A stretch of 64,000 nt of DNA from Octopus sinensis (taxonomy: Eukaryota), in NCBI RefSeq assembly GCF_006345805.1, contig NC_042998.1:150102001-150166000 (forward strand), written 5' to 3'. Position numbers and translations under genes: made by a program. Of this stretch, positions 11,870 through 26,053 are shown one piece after another (positions within the stretch are counted from its first letter, which is position 1; each line of letters starts with the position of its first letter). Below the pieces are notes generated by a model. The model ran no database searches. It was given only the letters and a program-made list of their open reading frames with translations, and was not told where the DNA came from.

Positions 11870-14735
11870 ATATACCCAGGCCTATTTCCCATATTTTTAG
11901 GAGCAGGTAGCCACAAGACACACACCAGGCATTCCATTCATTTCCCAGCTGAAAGAAGCGAGCCCCGTTCTATACTCGGGTCAAGGCATAGAACGCAACT
12001 CCTAATATCAGCAGCAGGGCCCTACAACATATGCTGGTCTACCCCCACCACATCATACTGGTTCCGTACCTCTTTTGCAACATCAAATTCTCTCATCCGT
12101 CCACAAACACTCTCCTTAGTTTTCCTATCATTCATAAACTCACTTGCCTCTCTCACTTCGACAGCGCCAACCAGAAAGCTTTCCTCACTCCATCCATGCA
12201 AGCTGAGGTCTGCCTCTGGTTCTGCTGCCTACCACTTCTGCCTTCATCACCCTCCTTACCATCCGTTCCTCATCCATCCTCTCTATGTCACCAAATCACC
12301 TCAACATTCGTCTATCCATTTTGGTTGTTAGTTTTTCCCTCATTCCTGCTCGCCTTTGCACCTCCTCATTCCTCATCCTGTCCATCCGTGTCACACCAAA
12401 CATAGCCCTCAGACATCTCATCTGAAACACATCTAGTCGCCTCCTTTCCGCCTCTGTCAGCCTCCCACGTCTCTGCGCCATATAACATTGTCAGCACAAT
12501 CATGCTCTCAAACACACCTCCTTTCGCTTTCATGCTCAACCTTTTATCTTTCAGTATACCTTTCACAACGCCAAGTATCTTACTCCCCCCACCTCATTCT
12601 GTATCCCACCTTCTCAGCTAATCCGCCATCCGCCGTCTCATGTGATCCCAGATACTTAAAAACATTCACCTCCACTAACAACTTACCATCCTACCAGCCA
12701 TTCCATCTCTTGAACATTACCTTACTCTTAGATACATTTACTTCCAGTTTCCTCCTCTCACACACTCTTCCAAACTCTACCACCAGTCTCCTCTGTTTCC
12801 CTTCTGAATCCATCACCAGTGCTGTATCATCAGCAAACAACAACTGACTCACCTGCCATTTCTCTCCATTTTCTCCGACCATTTGAGCTCCCCTACCAAG
12901 GGTTCTAGCATTTACCTCTCTCACCACACCATCCATATATAAATTAAACAGCCTCGGAGACATCACACAACCCTGTCTTAACCCCACCTTCACATCAAAC
13001 CACTCACTTTACCACCCACCCTAATGCACGCCCTACTTTCTCTATAAAAACTCTGAACAGTTCTCAACAATCTACTATCTACTCCATACAACCACAACGC
13101 CTGTCACATTGCATCCCTATCCACACGGTCATATTCCTTCTCTAGGTCCCTCTCTTACCAAAACTTCTCACACATCTGCCTTACAAATATTTGATCTACA
13201 CACCCCCTTCCACTCCTAAAATCCACACTGCTCCTCCTCTAGTACACTCTTTGCCCGATTCCTCACTCTAACAATCAGAATTCTCCCATACAGTTTACCA
13301 ATCCCACACAATAGACATATACCCCGAAGATTTCCACACTCACATTTATCCCCTTTCCCCTTGTACAATGGCACTGCAGCAGTTCTTTGGTACCCTTCCA
13401 ACCATATAACAAACATCCATAAGCCTCACTAATCATTGAATCACTGCCACTCCTCCTTTCTTTAGGCATTCCACTGTGCACCCATCTATACCTGGCACCT
13501 TCCGGTTTGCCATCTTCCGTAAGGATTACCTCACCTCCTCCCTTCCAATTACACCATAGTTCCATTCTCCAACAACAGGCATTCTCTTCTCTCCTCCTAC
13601 AGCTACTATACTTGCCTCCTTAACATCCTCCACATTTAACAGCTTACTAAAATGCCCTGCCCATCTCCTTCGTACATACTTTCTTTCAACAAATTTCCAT
13701 TTACATCCTCCACCCTTTCTTCCCTTCCTCCAGCCACCTTTCATACCCTTTGTATCTCTTTCCAAAACATCTTTTTATTTCTTACAAAATTTTCACTCAA
13801 CTTTTTCCCGAACCTTTCACTCCTCCCCCATTTCGCCTTCTTTACCACTCTCTTTACTCTCCTCTTTACTTATCTGTAGCAACCATAAGCTTCTCCATCC
13901 CCTTTCTGCAACCACTCTTCAAAGGCCCTTTTCTTCTCTGCCACCGCATCCCTTATCTGCTCATTCTACAATTCACTAACTTTCCAACCACTCGTGTACC
14001 ACATACCTCAGAGGCACCTTTCATTACTGCCTCTCTAAATGCCTCCTACTCTTCCTCCACATCTCCTACCTCCTGTTTCTTAACCTGTTCATATTCTTAA
14101 CCTGTTCAATTTCTCTACATGCTCCTGCTCTTTCTCCTATCAAGTTCACTCACCTTTACACCCTCTCTCCTCCTTGTTACTCGTCTAGCATTCCATTTTG
14201 AGCATACCTTCAACTTAGCCTGTACTGAGAAGCGATCTGACACTCCTCCACCTTCACCTCTTATTACATGCACAACTACCAACCTTCGTACCACTCTCTT
14301 ATCACTTAATATATAATCTATCAAGGCCCTATCCACTACTCTTCTTCACACGCTAACTCACCAGGAATTCCACTCTCTCACGAGCCCCCTCCTAATCCCT
14401 ACACTCGTCCAGACACATCCCCAAACTGATACTCTCCCTTACCTTTGATCTTAGTCTCACTCAGTGCCATCACATCCATCCTTCTCCTCATCATCCCAGT
14501 CCTTATCTCTCTTCTCTTTACCTCACTTGTACTACACCCACGCACATTCCATGACCCTAGTACTGGGTGAGATTTGATGTTAATGTTCTTCCACCCCTTG
14601 TCTTTTATCTTGCTGTCTTTTTAGGAATATGGATTTACTAGGAGGAGAGGTTTCCCAGTCCCCTCGCTCATGTCCCTTTTAGTCACCTTTAACGCCATGC
14701 GGGGAATACGGCGACTGCAATATACTTATCCCCAC
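11870..14735 (-). mobile_element. Near full-length, decayed RTE-clade LINE (APE endonuclease plus RT)
   Basis: LGSWNVRG and ALSETK (APE, ~14.5 kb), RALIDYIL, VPLYKGKGD, GLRQGCVMSPRLFNLYMDGV, LLFADDTALV, MLYGAETW; the 3' end runs into (TATG)n. Confidence 0.9.
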
Positions 14736-15229
14736 CAGTACATACATTAGATATATATACATTATTTTGATATGTATATGTGTGTATAAGCTCGTGTGTA
14801 TAAGTTCGTGAGTGAGTGTATGTATGAATGCATGCATATATATGTGTGTGCACGCGCGTGTATCTACTGCATGTATATATATATATTCGATCGGCCAATA
14901 CTGTATGCCTCGTACGCGTACTTTCGCTAAAATTCGGTTGCAGCTTGAAAATGGCTGATGACATCGCCATTTTAATTGGCGATAGTTCATTCGTCACTAA
15001 CGTGTGTATGTATGTGCCTCTGTGTGAGTGTATGCATGCGTATGTGTGTGTGTGTATGTGTGTGTATAAGTATGTGTATACAAATAGATAGATATATACA
15101 TAAATATAGCCAAAGTATATATAACATATATCTAGAAAACTTACATACGCTCATATATATATATACACACATTTACGTATGTATGTATATATGTATATAT
15201 ATGTGCATATATATATTTATATATATATT

Positions 15230-15291
<62 letters not shown>

Positions 15292-15659
15292 AATATATAT
15301 ATATATATAAACATACATACATGCATGCATGCATACATAAGTACATAGATACATAAATGCATAAATATGAATACGTATATATAACGCGAAAGAGAGAGAT
15401 AGAGGGGAGAGAGAAGGGAGAATCAATAACAAACTCAATAAATGGTAGCTAGTGAGATAGACATAGCCAGAAAGAGAGAGGGGGAGATGAGGAGAGAGAG
15501 AAGCGAGAAAGTGAGAGAGAACGATTAGTATAGGTGCAGACAATTTATATAGATTGAAGGAGTAGTGAGATCGATGAGAGTTCGGTCATAAGGTGCAGCT
15601 GTAATAGATGCTTGATTCGTCCGGAGGGATTATCCGATCATTAAGCAGATCGATCAATA

Positions 15660-16125
15660 AATGCAGTCTACAACAACAACAACAATAACAGCAGCACCAG
15701 CAACATCTAAGTATTGATGATGACAACCTAAATATTGCCGAAACGGATATCAGCAGCAACAACAACTACAATCTAAATTGCAACAACAAAAAGTGGAAGT
15801 GCAACAACAACTGTAATAACATCAGCCGCAATAGCAACAACGACACCAACAATAACGTCAAAATATCAATGCTAACATCACCACCATTCCTCACACCAAC
15901 AACTACAACAACAGCTACAGCAACAAGAGCAATAACAAATTTATAGTACGGGCAATGATATGGTTACAACAACACTACCAACATCACTGATATCAGTAAT
16001 GTAACAACAACAACAACAAGGACAACAACAACAGCAGCAGCAGCAATAGTAGCAGCGGCGGCGGTGGCGGCGGCAGCAACAACAAAAGCAACAATAACAA
16101 CAGCAGCAACGACAATAACAAGAAA
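15660..16125. repeat. Cryptic (CAA/CAG)n-rich low-complexity region
   Basis: Degenerate trinucleotide runs with no convincing coding signal. Confidence 0.8.
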
Positions 16126-17499
16126 ATCATAAAATATCGAAATGTTACGAAGTGCAACAAGTAATGAGAGGTGTCTATAAACTGTCGCAAAGCCTGCGAG
16201 AAACAGCAGCTAAATCGCCTTGTTACCTGAAAATGGTGATAAAGTATTGGCTCATGCAATTCTAAATATGGTGTGACTGAAAAAAAAATGATTATGGCTG
16301 TATGTTTCATTAAAAGTTTTGCATGATTAGACAGATGTTGGGGTTAATACCAACATATGTGCGACAACAACACATAGAATATGGACAAAAATGACAAAAC
16401 TGTATTTTATATCTCCTGCTCATTGTAAAGATCACCTCGTTGTCATTGTATAGAAGATATTGTCATCAATGTGCAGATTGTCTTTTTCCCCCCATTTATT
16501 ATGTATATTTGCTTGTAAAGATTTTATTTATATATTAGTAACACAGTATCGAGCGTTGACTTTCGATTGTTAACATTTTTTTTAAATATTTTGGTTCTGT
16601 GTGGATTTCGATGAGTTTTAACATTCGATGAGTTTTAACATACAGCTGTTAACAGTGTCATTGCCCATATAAATTCTATATAAAAACATACAAATAGCTC
16701 TTACTCTAATACCATTTCCAGTTTCTAAATTGTAAAATTTATCATACCAAAGCTCTTCCCATGAAATACAGAAAATAGTAACCAATGGAACATGAATTAA
16801 GGAGTGAAGATATTATAATTGAATTTAAGCAAGCATTTATGTAAATACAGATGAAAGAGAAGTAAAATTCGAATGCAAACATAGTGTATTTCTTTCGGCT
16901 CTTTGCATTCTAAACTCAAATCCTTGCAGAAGTACTCGTATGTACTTGGAGCCATATATATGCAAGTATATTAATATATTAAGGTATATAACGGCCATAC
17001 ACGCGCGCACGCACACATATGTCACATTTATATCCAAATAGAAATACATGTCACAAAAGTGCACTATCAAACCTCGCCCATATTGCAACCCCAAAGCTCC
17101 AGGCGCACACGTTGAACCAAAAATATATCAATATGTATGTGAGTAAGCGAAGGTATGTCCGTGTGTTGGACCCCATGAACGCAACTAGTTTGTAGAAACA
17201 CAGTTGTATCCAGGTAAAGCATACATTTTGATATATTTTTCAATCAAGTTTTATATATTAAATAAAAGATGTGTACATCCAGTTTACTGAACACTTTGTT
17301 CCTGCTTGTTAATGCATAATATATCATTTTATAGTGAAATAAGGTTCGGTTAAAATCCTTGTAGTATGCTATGCAAAGCTCGCCAACATCTATTAGTTAC
17401 CTGATGTACAGGGGAAACACTCTTGTCACTGATATACATCAGAAATTCCTTCGTGGAATTTTTATAAATAGATAAATAATAGAAAATGAAATAAACGAC

Positions 17500-17769
17500 A
17501 TTCTTTGTTTAAAATCACTACAATTGTTTCGGCACGTTTTTAAATACGTACTACATTGGTGAGATGTTGTGCAATCATCATCATTCATCCAAAGCCTGAG
17601 ATGCACTTCCCCAGGAGTTTATTTAAATAATCAAGGTCTAATTTAAACAATCACCTGAGGAGTCACATTTTATACCTGGGATAGATGATAATGATTACGC
17701 AACATCTCACCAATGTACTACGAGTGTACAAATGTACAGAAACAAGCGTAAGATTTTAAAATAAAGAAC
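17500..17769. repeat. Old inverted pair of hammerhead-like arms (Penelope pseudo-LTR relic)
   Basis: 17500-17615 is inverted relative to 17651-17769. Plus arm: AATCAC-CTGAGGA...GAAACAAGCGTA. Minus arm: GAAACAATTGTA-GTGATT. Confidence 0.65.
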
Positions 17770-17788
17770 TTATTTCATCTAGCATATA

Positions 17789-17872
<84 letters not shown>

Positions 17873-17875
<3 letters not shown>

Positions 17876-18900
17876 CAGCATCACAACTTCGACCAGACCA
17901 TCCGATGATGTTATACAATGCTGGTCACAATGCGCTTCCATTTCTGTTTTGATTGCGCAATTCTTTTCCGTCTTGACTCTAAGTGCTTAAACTAAATCGT
18001 TTTCTCATCGTCGTGGCTGTCTTCCAAGTTGCGTTTTCCAATCTCTTGCATAGAACTCGGCAACTGCACGGGTCCACCTGTTTATCTGTGAACCTTGCGA
18101 CATGTCCGACTCAGCGGAACTTGTGCTTTCGGTACTCTGTAACAACATCGTTCTCACTGCTCTCTTAATTTCGAATGCGCTCTCTTAATGATATTCTTTC
18201 CATAGCGCTTTGCAGCCTCACCATCTGTGTTCAGTGTTCATCGTAGCCTGCTTCTCACTTGTACTTGTAAGAGTGCAGGTAGGACGGTGCTATTGAAGAA
18301 TCTGGCACGTATAGCATGTTCTAGCTTTGTTTGTGGCACACCCTTTATTAAGTTAAATGCCTTCCATCCTACACTTATTTTCCTTGAGATTTCAGCATCC
18401 ATATCTCGGCACATATTCACTGTGTGCTCTAAGTAGATGTGCTCCATTACCTTTTCAATTGCGTCGCTTCCCATACTTATTTCGCTTTGTGCTACGCCAT
18501 CCAACCGCATACATTTTGTTTAAGATTTACTGCTAAGCTCTGAGGGTTCAACTTTATCAGCACGGTCAGCAACTGGTCTGTGATTTCAGTAATGAGTGCG
18601 GTGTCATCTGCGAATCGGAGGTTTGTTAGTTGCTCGCCATTGATGTTCACGCCACCTCAATGGCTTCTTTGGAGAGACTGTATCACCTTACCTGACACCC
18701 TTCTAAATTGTGATTTTTAATTGTGATTTTTACTGATGGTGATAGCAGAGCTATATCTGCTCTGCATCCAGAGTTTGCATTTCTGAGCAGTTCGATGTAT
18801 TGCACCTTCTTACATTTCCAGAGATTTCAACACTGCTCTCGTCGCGATGTTACCGAAGGCCCTTTTATAATCAACAAAAGCGGTACACTGAGGAAGCTTG
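17873..18900 (-). mobile_element. 3' fragment of an RTE-1-like LINE
   Basis: NINGEQLTNLRFAD, ISRKISVGWKAF, FNSTVLPALL. Confidence 0.8.
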
Positions 18901-19639
18901 TTTTTGTCCGCTCGTGATATGGGTTGTATTAGGGCTGTATTTATATATCCGTTATTATATCTCCAGCTTAAATATATGAAAATAATTAAACTTAATATTT
19001 ACAATTTCCTTCGTCAGCTAATTTGCAAAGAAATGCGTTATGACGTCATTAGGTTTTTCCAAAATAAATAAACATGAAATATATAAAGCAATAAAAGAAA
19101 AGAAGTTATATAAAGGATTCATTGTACTATTACAGACGTTGGGGGTGGGCAGGATTGGGAGTCCTGGTGGAGTGAACTTGAGAGAAAGTGGGAGTAGGAG
19201 TGGGAACAAGAGAAAGTGAATGTTGAGTGTAAAAGATGTAAAGGGAGATATTATTTTAAAATGTCGTTGTTGCTGTTGTTGTTAGATTCTGCCCACTCAC
19301 ATATCAGGATGTACCAAAGGTCTTCTCGAGAAATACAGGAAATAGTAAACTATGGAACATAAACGATAAGTTGCGGCCTTTTTATCAAAGATCCAAATTG
19401 ATTCTTCTGGGACTTAAATTCCCTGACATTTTGTGATAATATATATGTAGACAGGCTTAGTGTATACGCAGTGGATAGGCATATGTGTCTATGTGTGTTA
19501 TTAAGTAGTAGTTATCTTCGGCGCTTTACATTCTGAGCTCAAGTCAATAATACTTTCCACGCTTCTAGGGTCAATAAACTAGTGTAACAATGGTATCAAC
19601 TAAATCGCTCTCCTTGATGCCCTTCTGCCTTAATCAGAA

Positions 19640-20290
19640 ACCATCATTTTTATTATTATTATTTTATGAAAACTCTGAGCGTATTTCGCTGGGTATGATG
19701 AAAGTGTCTGCTGCTCATTGCCAGCAGGCTAAGGTGACACTTGTTTACCGATTATGCTTGAAGAAACTTGTGGAGGATTCTTGCAGTTTCAAGCAATGAT
19801 GATTTTGTTGGTGTTCTATCTTTTGTACTAATCTTTTTAAACCAGGTTAGTAGTTGAGCGCTGATACTCCCAAGCGCGCCAATCACTATGGTATCACATC
19901 CACTCTCTTCATTGCCTACAACCTGCGTATTTCCCATTTCAATTCATCATACCTGTTCACTTTTTCTTCTTCGATCCTGTTGTCACCACGACATATTTTG
20001 TCAATTGTCGGGCATGTTATTTTTCTTTTCTGTTCACCACAACAATATGAAGTTTCTAACGTCTAATCTGATGATCACACTGAATCATTGTATGCCACAG
20101 AATTTTGCAATCCTTATTTTCAGTAACTCCTTCTGGGAGTTAGTCATACCACGTATTTGATCTTTCTAGGCCATAATTTCCACAGAGTTCCCAATAGAAC
20201 ATTCTTCTCAGATTGTCATGTCGTCTTTACCATTCACGTTGTACCAATTTCGGGCATTCACTAACAATGTGTCATACTTTTATTACTACT
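19640..20290 (-). mobile_element. 3' fragment of an R4/Dong-like LINE (restriction-like endonuclease region)
   Basis: IVIGALGSIS...SLLETARILHKFLQA; 3' UTR TAAACAAGTGTCACCTTAG...GACACTTT shared with 21.75-21.83 kb; AAT tail. Confidence 0.75.
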
Positions 20291-20311
20291 ACTACTACTA
20301 CTACTACTATA

Positions 20312-20346
<35 letters not shown>

Positions 20347-20362
20347 ACTGTAGCTGCTGCTG

Positions 20363-20411
<49 letters not shown>

Positions 20412-20451
20412 AACAACAACAACAATAATAATAATAATAATAATGATGATG

Positions 20452-21105
20452 ATTTCATTTATCTGCCACCAAGGCGAAGCAAGAAGTGAACGATACAAAA
20501 CAGATATAAAGTGAGGGGTTTTACATATGAAATGATAAAATAAGTAAATAGTAAAAAAAGAGGATAAGTACACACGGTATACAGTGAAAAGGAAGAGAAA
20601 TATATATAGTGTACAAAGGTTAATCGAGATGAGGGATGATCGAGATGAGGGATGATGGAGATGTAGTCCTCCTGATACAGGATGACCCTACTGTCCATGG
20701 TCTCCTTGAACACCAAGAGCAAGTGCCCTCTCCAATTTCTTCTCACTGACTCACAGTTCTACACTTAGAGAGGTACCATACACTCTTGCCATTTTCACAA
20801 CTTTCACCCACCTTTCAATAAACTAACTCGAGGACAGCACTTCCCTCTCCACCCTCAATTTCTATTTCAACTGAAACTTGGAGAAGTCAATGAGAGTTCT
20901 ACCAAAGAGGAATTTATCTGTCCTCATGCCTTTCAACCACATCCACCAGACAACCTCTTTCACCACAGCTACCAGGCAAAGAAAAACTGCCTTGTCTGCC
21001 CGATTAAAGGAGGCCGGCGGGGCAGTCATCACTATGGACTCCATCGATAGACGGATCCGTCCCACACATGATAGCAAAACCCCACAAGTCAGCAATGCCC
21101 GGACA
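20452..21105 (-). mobile_element. 5'-truncated Tx1-clade LINE (ORF2 C-terminus plus 3' UTR) between trinucleotide repeats
   Basis: LLSCVGRIRLSMESIV..PPASFNRADKAVFLCLVAVVKEVVWW aligns with LLSRVGRVGLSAESIV..PPSFKREGRAVFIILVAMAKECIWW of the 53.5 kb ORF2. Confidence 0.9.
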
Positions 21106-21141
21106 ATGATAGTAGTAGTAGTAGTAGTGGCGGCGGCGCCG

Positions 21142-21183
<42 letters not shown>

Positions 21184-21201
21184 TTAGTAGTAGTAGTAGT
21201 A

Positions 21202-21240
<39 letters not shown>

Positions 21241-21282
21241 CGGCGGCGCCGGCAGCAGCAGCAGCAGTAGTAGTAGTAGTAT

Positions 21283-21339
<57 letters not shown>

Positions 21340-21341
<2 letters not shown>

Positions 21342-21832
21342 AAGGTAGAAGTGAAGAAAATGGATACCCAGACCAGAAAAATGTTGACAGTGCACGGAGC
21401 TCTCCACCATAAATGTGACACCGATAGGCAGTACTTGTCTGGAAGAAAAAGTGGCAGAGGCTTAATCAGTTGCCAGAACTGTATCAAAGCAAAGGAAAGC
21501 AGTCTAGAATATATATAAAAAATACTGTGGAACCACTGTTGAAACACGAAGAAGGCCGGCATCATCAACACTGAAAATTATGCAACTAAAGAAAAATTTA
21601 AACAAGAATAGAACAAAAAAAAGAGTAAGAATGGGAGGGAAGGAAAATATACGTTCAGTTTGCAAGAGATGTGGACACCAAGATAGATAAAGAGAACCTG
21701 TGGCTATGGATGCAAGAATTCTTCTCAGGGTTCTTGAAGAAGGACCAGTAAACAAGTGTCACCTTAGTCTGTTGGCTGTGGACAGTGACACTTTCCATCA
21801 TACCAAGCAAAATAAGCTGTGAGGTTTCATAT
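21340..21832 (+). mobile_element. Internally deleted R4/Dong-like LINE fragment ending in (AAT)n
   Basis: MDTQTRKMLTVHGALHHKCDTDRQYLSGRKSGRGLI resembles the R4-clade post-RT motif; same 3' UTR as 19640-19760. Confidence 0.8.
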
Positions 21833-21842
21833 AATAATAACG

Positions 21843-22422
<580 letters not shown>

Positions 22423-22447
22423 ATTATTATTATTATTATCATTTTTA

Positions 22448-22502
<55 letters not shown>

Positions 22503-22510
22503 CATTTTTA

Positions 22511-22560
<50 letters not shown>

Positions 22561-23177
22561 ACCACAGATTTCGTGGAAGGATACTTTTAACTCCGAAATG
22601 GACTACCTGTTCTCAAGAATAATTCCTTATTCCTACAATTTGGATGTTTAATTCTCTTATATGCTTGGTATCATAGATATCTGACCATATTTTTTCATGT
22701 TTATGAATGATTATTCTACAATTTACTGTTTTTATATTTATTTTATGCTCAATGCAGTGTGACACTATTAAATATTAGAAGTAGGTTTAAATATTAGAAA
22801 GTCTAGCTGTGAGAAGAAATTATAAAAATGTACACACATTTCTTCTAAGTGACATCCTGTTAGACATAAAATATTGTTTAATCAATGATTTTCTTTCGAT
22901 AGCAGAATTGTATAAATTAAGATTTTACCCTCTTTCTTCAACTCATTGAAGACATAGAAGAAATATGTTAAAATTGCTATTATTTCATCTCACAGCTAGG
23001 GTTTCTAATACTGGGATTTAATTAATTTCTTCTAATTAACCCTGTGTTGTGTATTAAATGTCTGCGCGCGCGCGTTTGCGCATGTATATGCCTATATATA
23101 CATATGTGTCTATGTATGCAAATGCTCACATATATACATGCGCTGTGTGCGCGTATGGATATATGGTTATATATATA

Positions 23178-23578
23178 TATATGGTCGTAGTTGAGAAACT
23201 CGCTTTAGAACCACGTGATTTCAGTTTCTGTTCCACGACGTAGTCCATTTGGCAACTCTTCTATACCCTTGAGCCGACTAATGCCTCGTGATGGAATTTG
23301 GTAAACGGAGATCGTGTTGAAGGTTATCGTATATGTATGCATGAGTGTGCTTTTGTGTCTGTGCTAGTATCCCCCCTCCACACACACACACACACACAAC
23401 GATCACTACCGCTTGACATCCGGTGTTGGTCTGTTAATTTAGCAGTTCGGTAACGGAAACCGATAGAATAAGTTCCAGACTTTTAAAATAATAAATACTG
23501 GTATTAATGTGTTTTAGTCAACCCTTCTTGGTGGTGCACCAGCCTGGCCACAGTGTAGCGACCGAAACAAGATAAAAT
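23178..23578 (+). mobile_element. Diverged family A SINE
   Basis: Head remnant, internal microsatellite and tail CGATAGAATAAG...GGCCACAGT...CCGAAACAAG. Confidence 0.7.
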
Positions 23579-23905
23579 ATGCCTACTTCTCGTAGCTCCT
23601 ATGATTACCACTTACAATGTAAGATGATATCCTGTCTAAAGTACCACTCATGACAGCGGAACAACCAAACTGTAATATCAGGAAGAGAGGAGTCGTACTA
23701 GAATTGGTCAGGAGGTTTATTTATCGACCACGAGCAGAGGAAAAACCCAGTTGACTATAGCCGGATCTGAACTCAAGACGGTAGCGGGATTTGAACTCAA
23801 AACGTTAGGAAAAGGGATAATTATTGTAACCCACTATATCCTACTCTCTAACGACTCCACCAATATACGTTTACCCGATTATACACTCGTATACTTTCAT
23901 ATAAG

Positions 23906-23949
<44 letters not shown>

Positions 23950-24019
23950 GCGCGCACAAATGCAAACAGATAATTTTATGTAAAGAAAACTGATTCCAAC
24001 AAGCACACACACCTACGTA

Positions 24020-24052
<33 letters not shown>

Positions 24053-25089
24053 ATATATGACATCACACACACATACACACACACTCACACACACACACAC
24101 ACATACATACATAATACATATATGCACAAACACAACTAAACAAAATCATCCATATGCGCACATATAACTATTCTCATGCATACACAAGAACATTCAGACA
24201 AAAAACATTGACCGGCATTGTCAGAGCTATCAACACATTGAAGATAGGAACGTACATACCTACATACATGTATACTTATGCCAGCATATATTCGTATGTG
24301 TGTGTACGTGCGTGTATGTCTGCATACATGCATACATACATACATACATACATACATACATACATACATACATACATACATACATACATACATACATAAA
24401 AAATCACATCTGTGCACAAGTAGATATGCTCCGTAGAAAAGGGCTACACACAGAGAAGCATCTTAAGAAACAGAAGGAATATACATTCTAAATAAATAAA
24501 CCCTTTAAAAATGGTGTCTGAACATTTGTGTGAAATATGGCAGTTTGTTATATCGTTGACATTGTGGAAGGACATTTGCCAAATAAATAATACACCAACA
24601 CTAACAATACCGAAAATATATATTTTTACTTCATACCAGCCACACACACATATACACACATACACACACTCACACACATATGTCAATTTAAAGAACTACT
24701 TATAGTTTCATGCTTTTATGATACTTCAACTAAGCATATTTATATAATGCATCATGTTACTCCAAGAATCTTTCAGTCTTTGTTTATGCGCATAATGCCC
24801 TTGAAACAGTGACGAAAAAACAAAGTGTGAAAGGACAACAAATTTTAAAAAACAGAACGTGAAAAAAACACGAAGAAGGTTGATGAAAGAAATGGAACGA
24901 GAACGAAGAGACGATATCAAGAAAACTAACATTCCCGTTTTCCTTGATTGTGAAACCAGCAATTGACACAGCTGGTATAGAACAAAATAACAGAAAATAT
25001 ATATAATTTTGCGTGACAGCAACAACTCAATCCAGAGCGAGTGCTGTCCTCCAATTCCACAAAAGTAACCTGTCCATGTGTTTACACCA

Positions 25090-25598
25090 ATCAAAAGTTT
25101 CAGACCTGGAATAAATATATGAAATCCTATTGCTACGTAGAAATTGCATTTCTTAGATCCATTAACTTATTGGCTTAGATTTCTCCACGATTCTCCACTT
25201 GATTGTATGTGATGTGGAGCTGGTCTTCAAACTCCACACGTGGCTAACCAACTTAGCTGGATTACTTTTCTCTATGTAGCAAAAAGAAGATAGATGGTTT
25301 GCATCTTTGGATTTGCCTTAGCATAACCCTTTGTAATTCTTCTTTTCAGTTGATTTATTTTGAAGCGTTGCTGTTAATTCTTCCTCGTATATGACGGAGT
25401 TTATCATACACACCTGGTCCACATTTACAACTACGATTGGACTCTTGGTGATTTTTACGAATTATAATGTTCTTTATATTAGGGCAGCAGCTGTATGATA
25501 TTATAATCGAGCGTCTGTTAAAAATCTTACAGAATTTATGATTTATTGGAAACTGTTTATCCAAAGGGGACAGGAATTTCTTGCCTACGTTTCATTCG
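25090..25598 (-). mobile_element. Penelope-like fragment (linker and GIY-YIG region)
   Basis: NVGKKFLSL.DKQFPINHKFCKIFNRRSIIISYSCCPNIKNII and VWSLKTSSTSHTIKWRIVEKSKP are homologous to the 44.7-45.3 kb ORF. Confidence 0.8.
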
Positions 25599-25631
25599 TT
25601 TTTTTTTTTTTAACTCTTTTCTTATTTTCTC

Positions 25632-25704
25632 CCGGTCTGGGAATCGAATCCACGATCTCGCAATCGTGAGTGCAACACATTAACCACTGAGCCATGTGCC
25701 TTCA
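25632..25704 (-). mobile_element. tRNA-derived SINE head (family C-like)
   Basis: TGGCTCAGTGG A box and GGATTCGATTCC B box, followed by CAGACCGGG as in the 34.8 kb SINE. Confidence 0.8.
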
Positions 25705-25730
25705 TCATATATATATATTATATATATATA

Positions 25731-25824
<94 letters not shown>

Positions 25825-26053
25825 ATATATAAAACTAGTTATCAAACTATATATATATATATAGACTAGTTTGATAACTGCCACCGCACGAAACTCTCGG
25901 ATCTTGAATCACTCTGTTGCTTCTGCTAAATATAAATACATATATGTATAACATAATGAAGGCGGCTATACGCAATATAAAACAAAAAGAATAAAATTCA
26001 ATCGTCACGAGTTATGACTGAGGGTAACATACGGGAGAAAGAGAAAGAAATTG

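Noticed and set aside
14953-14990. CTGATGA followed by a 7-bp hairpin (ATCGCCA/TGGCGAT)
   Set aside because: No GAAA box or stems I/III follow, so it is not a hammerhead.
15660-16125. Possible polyQ/polyN coding exon
   Set aside because: Stops in the plus frames and no complex coding sequence around it.
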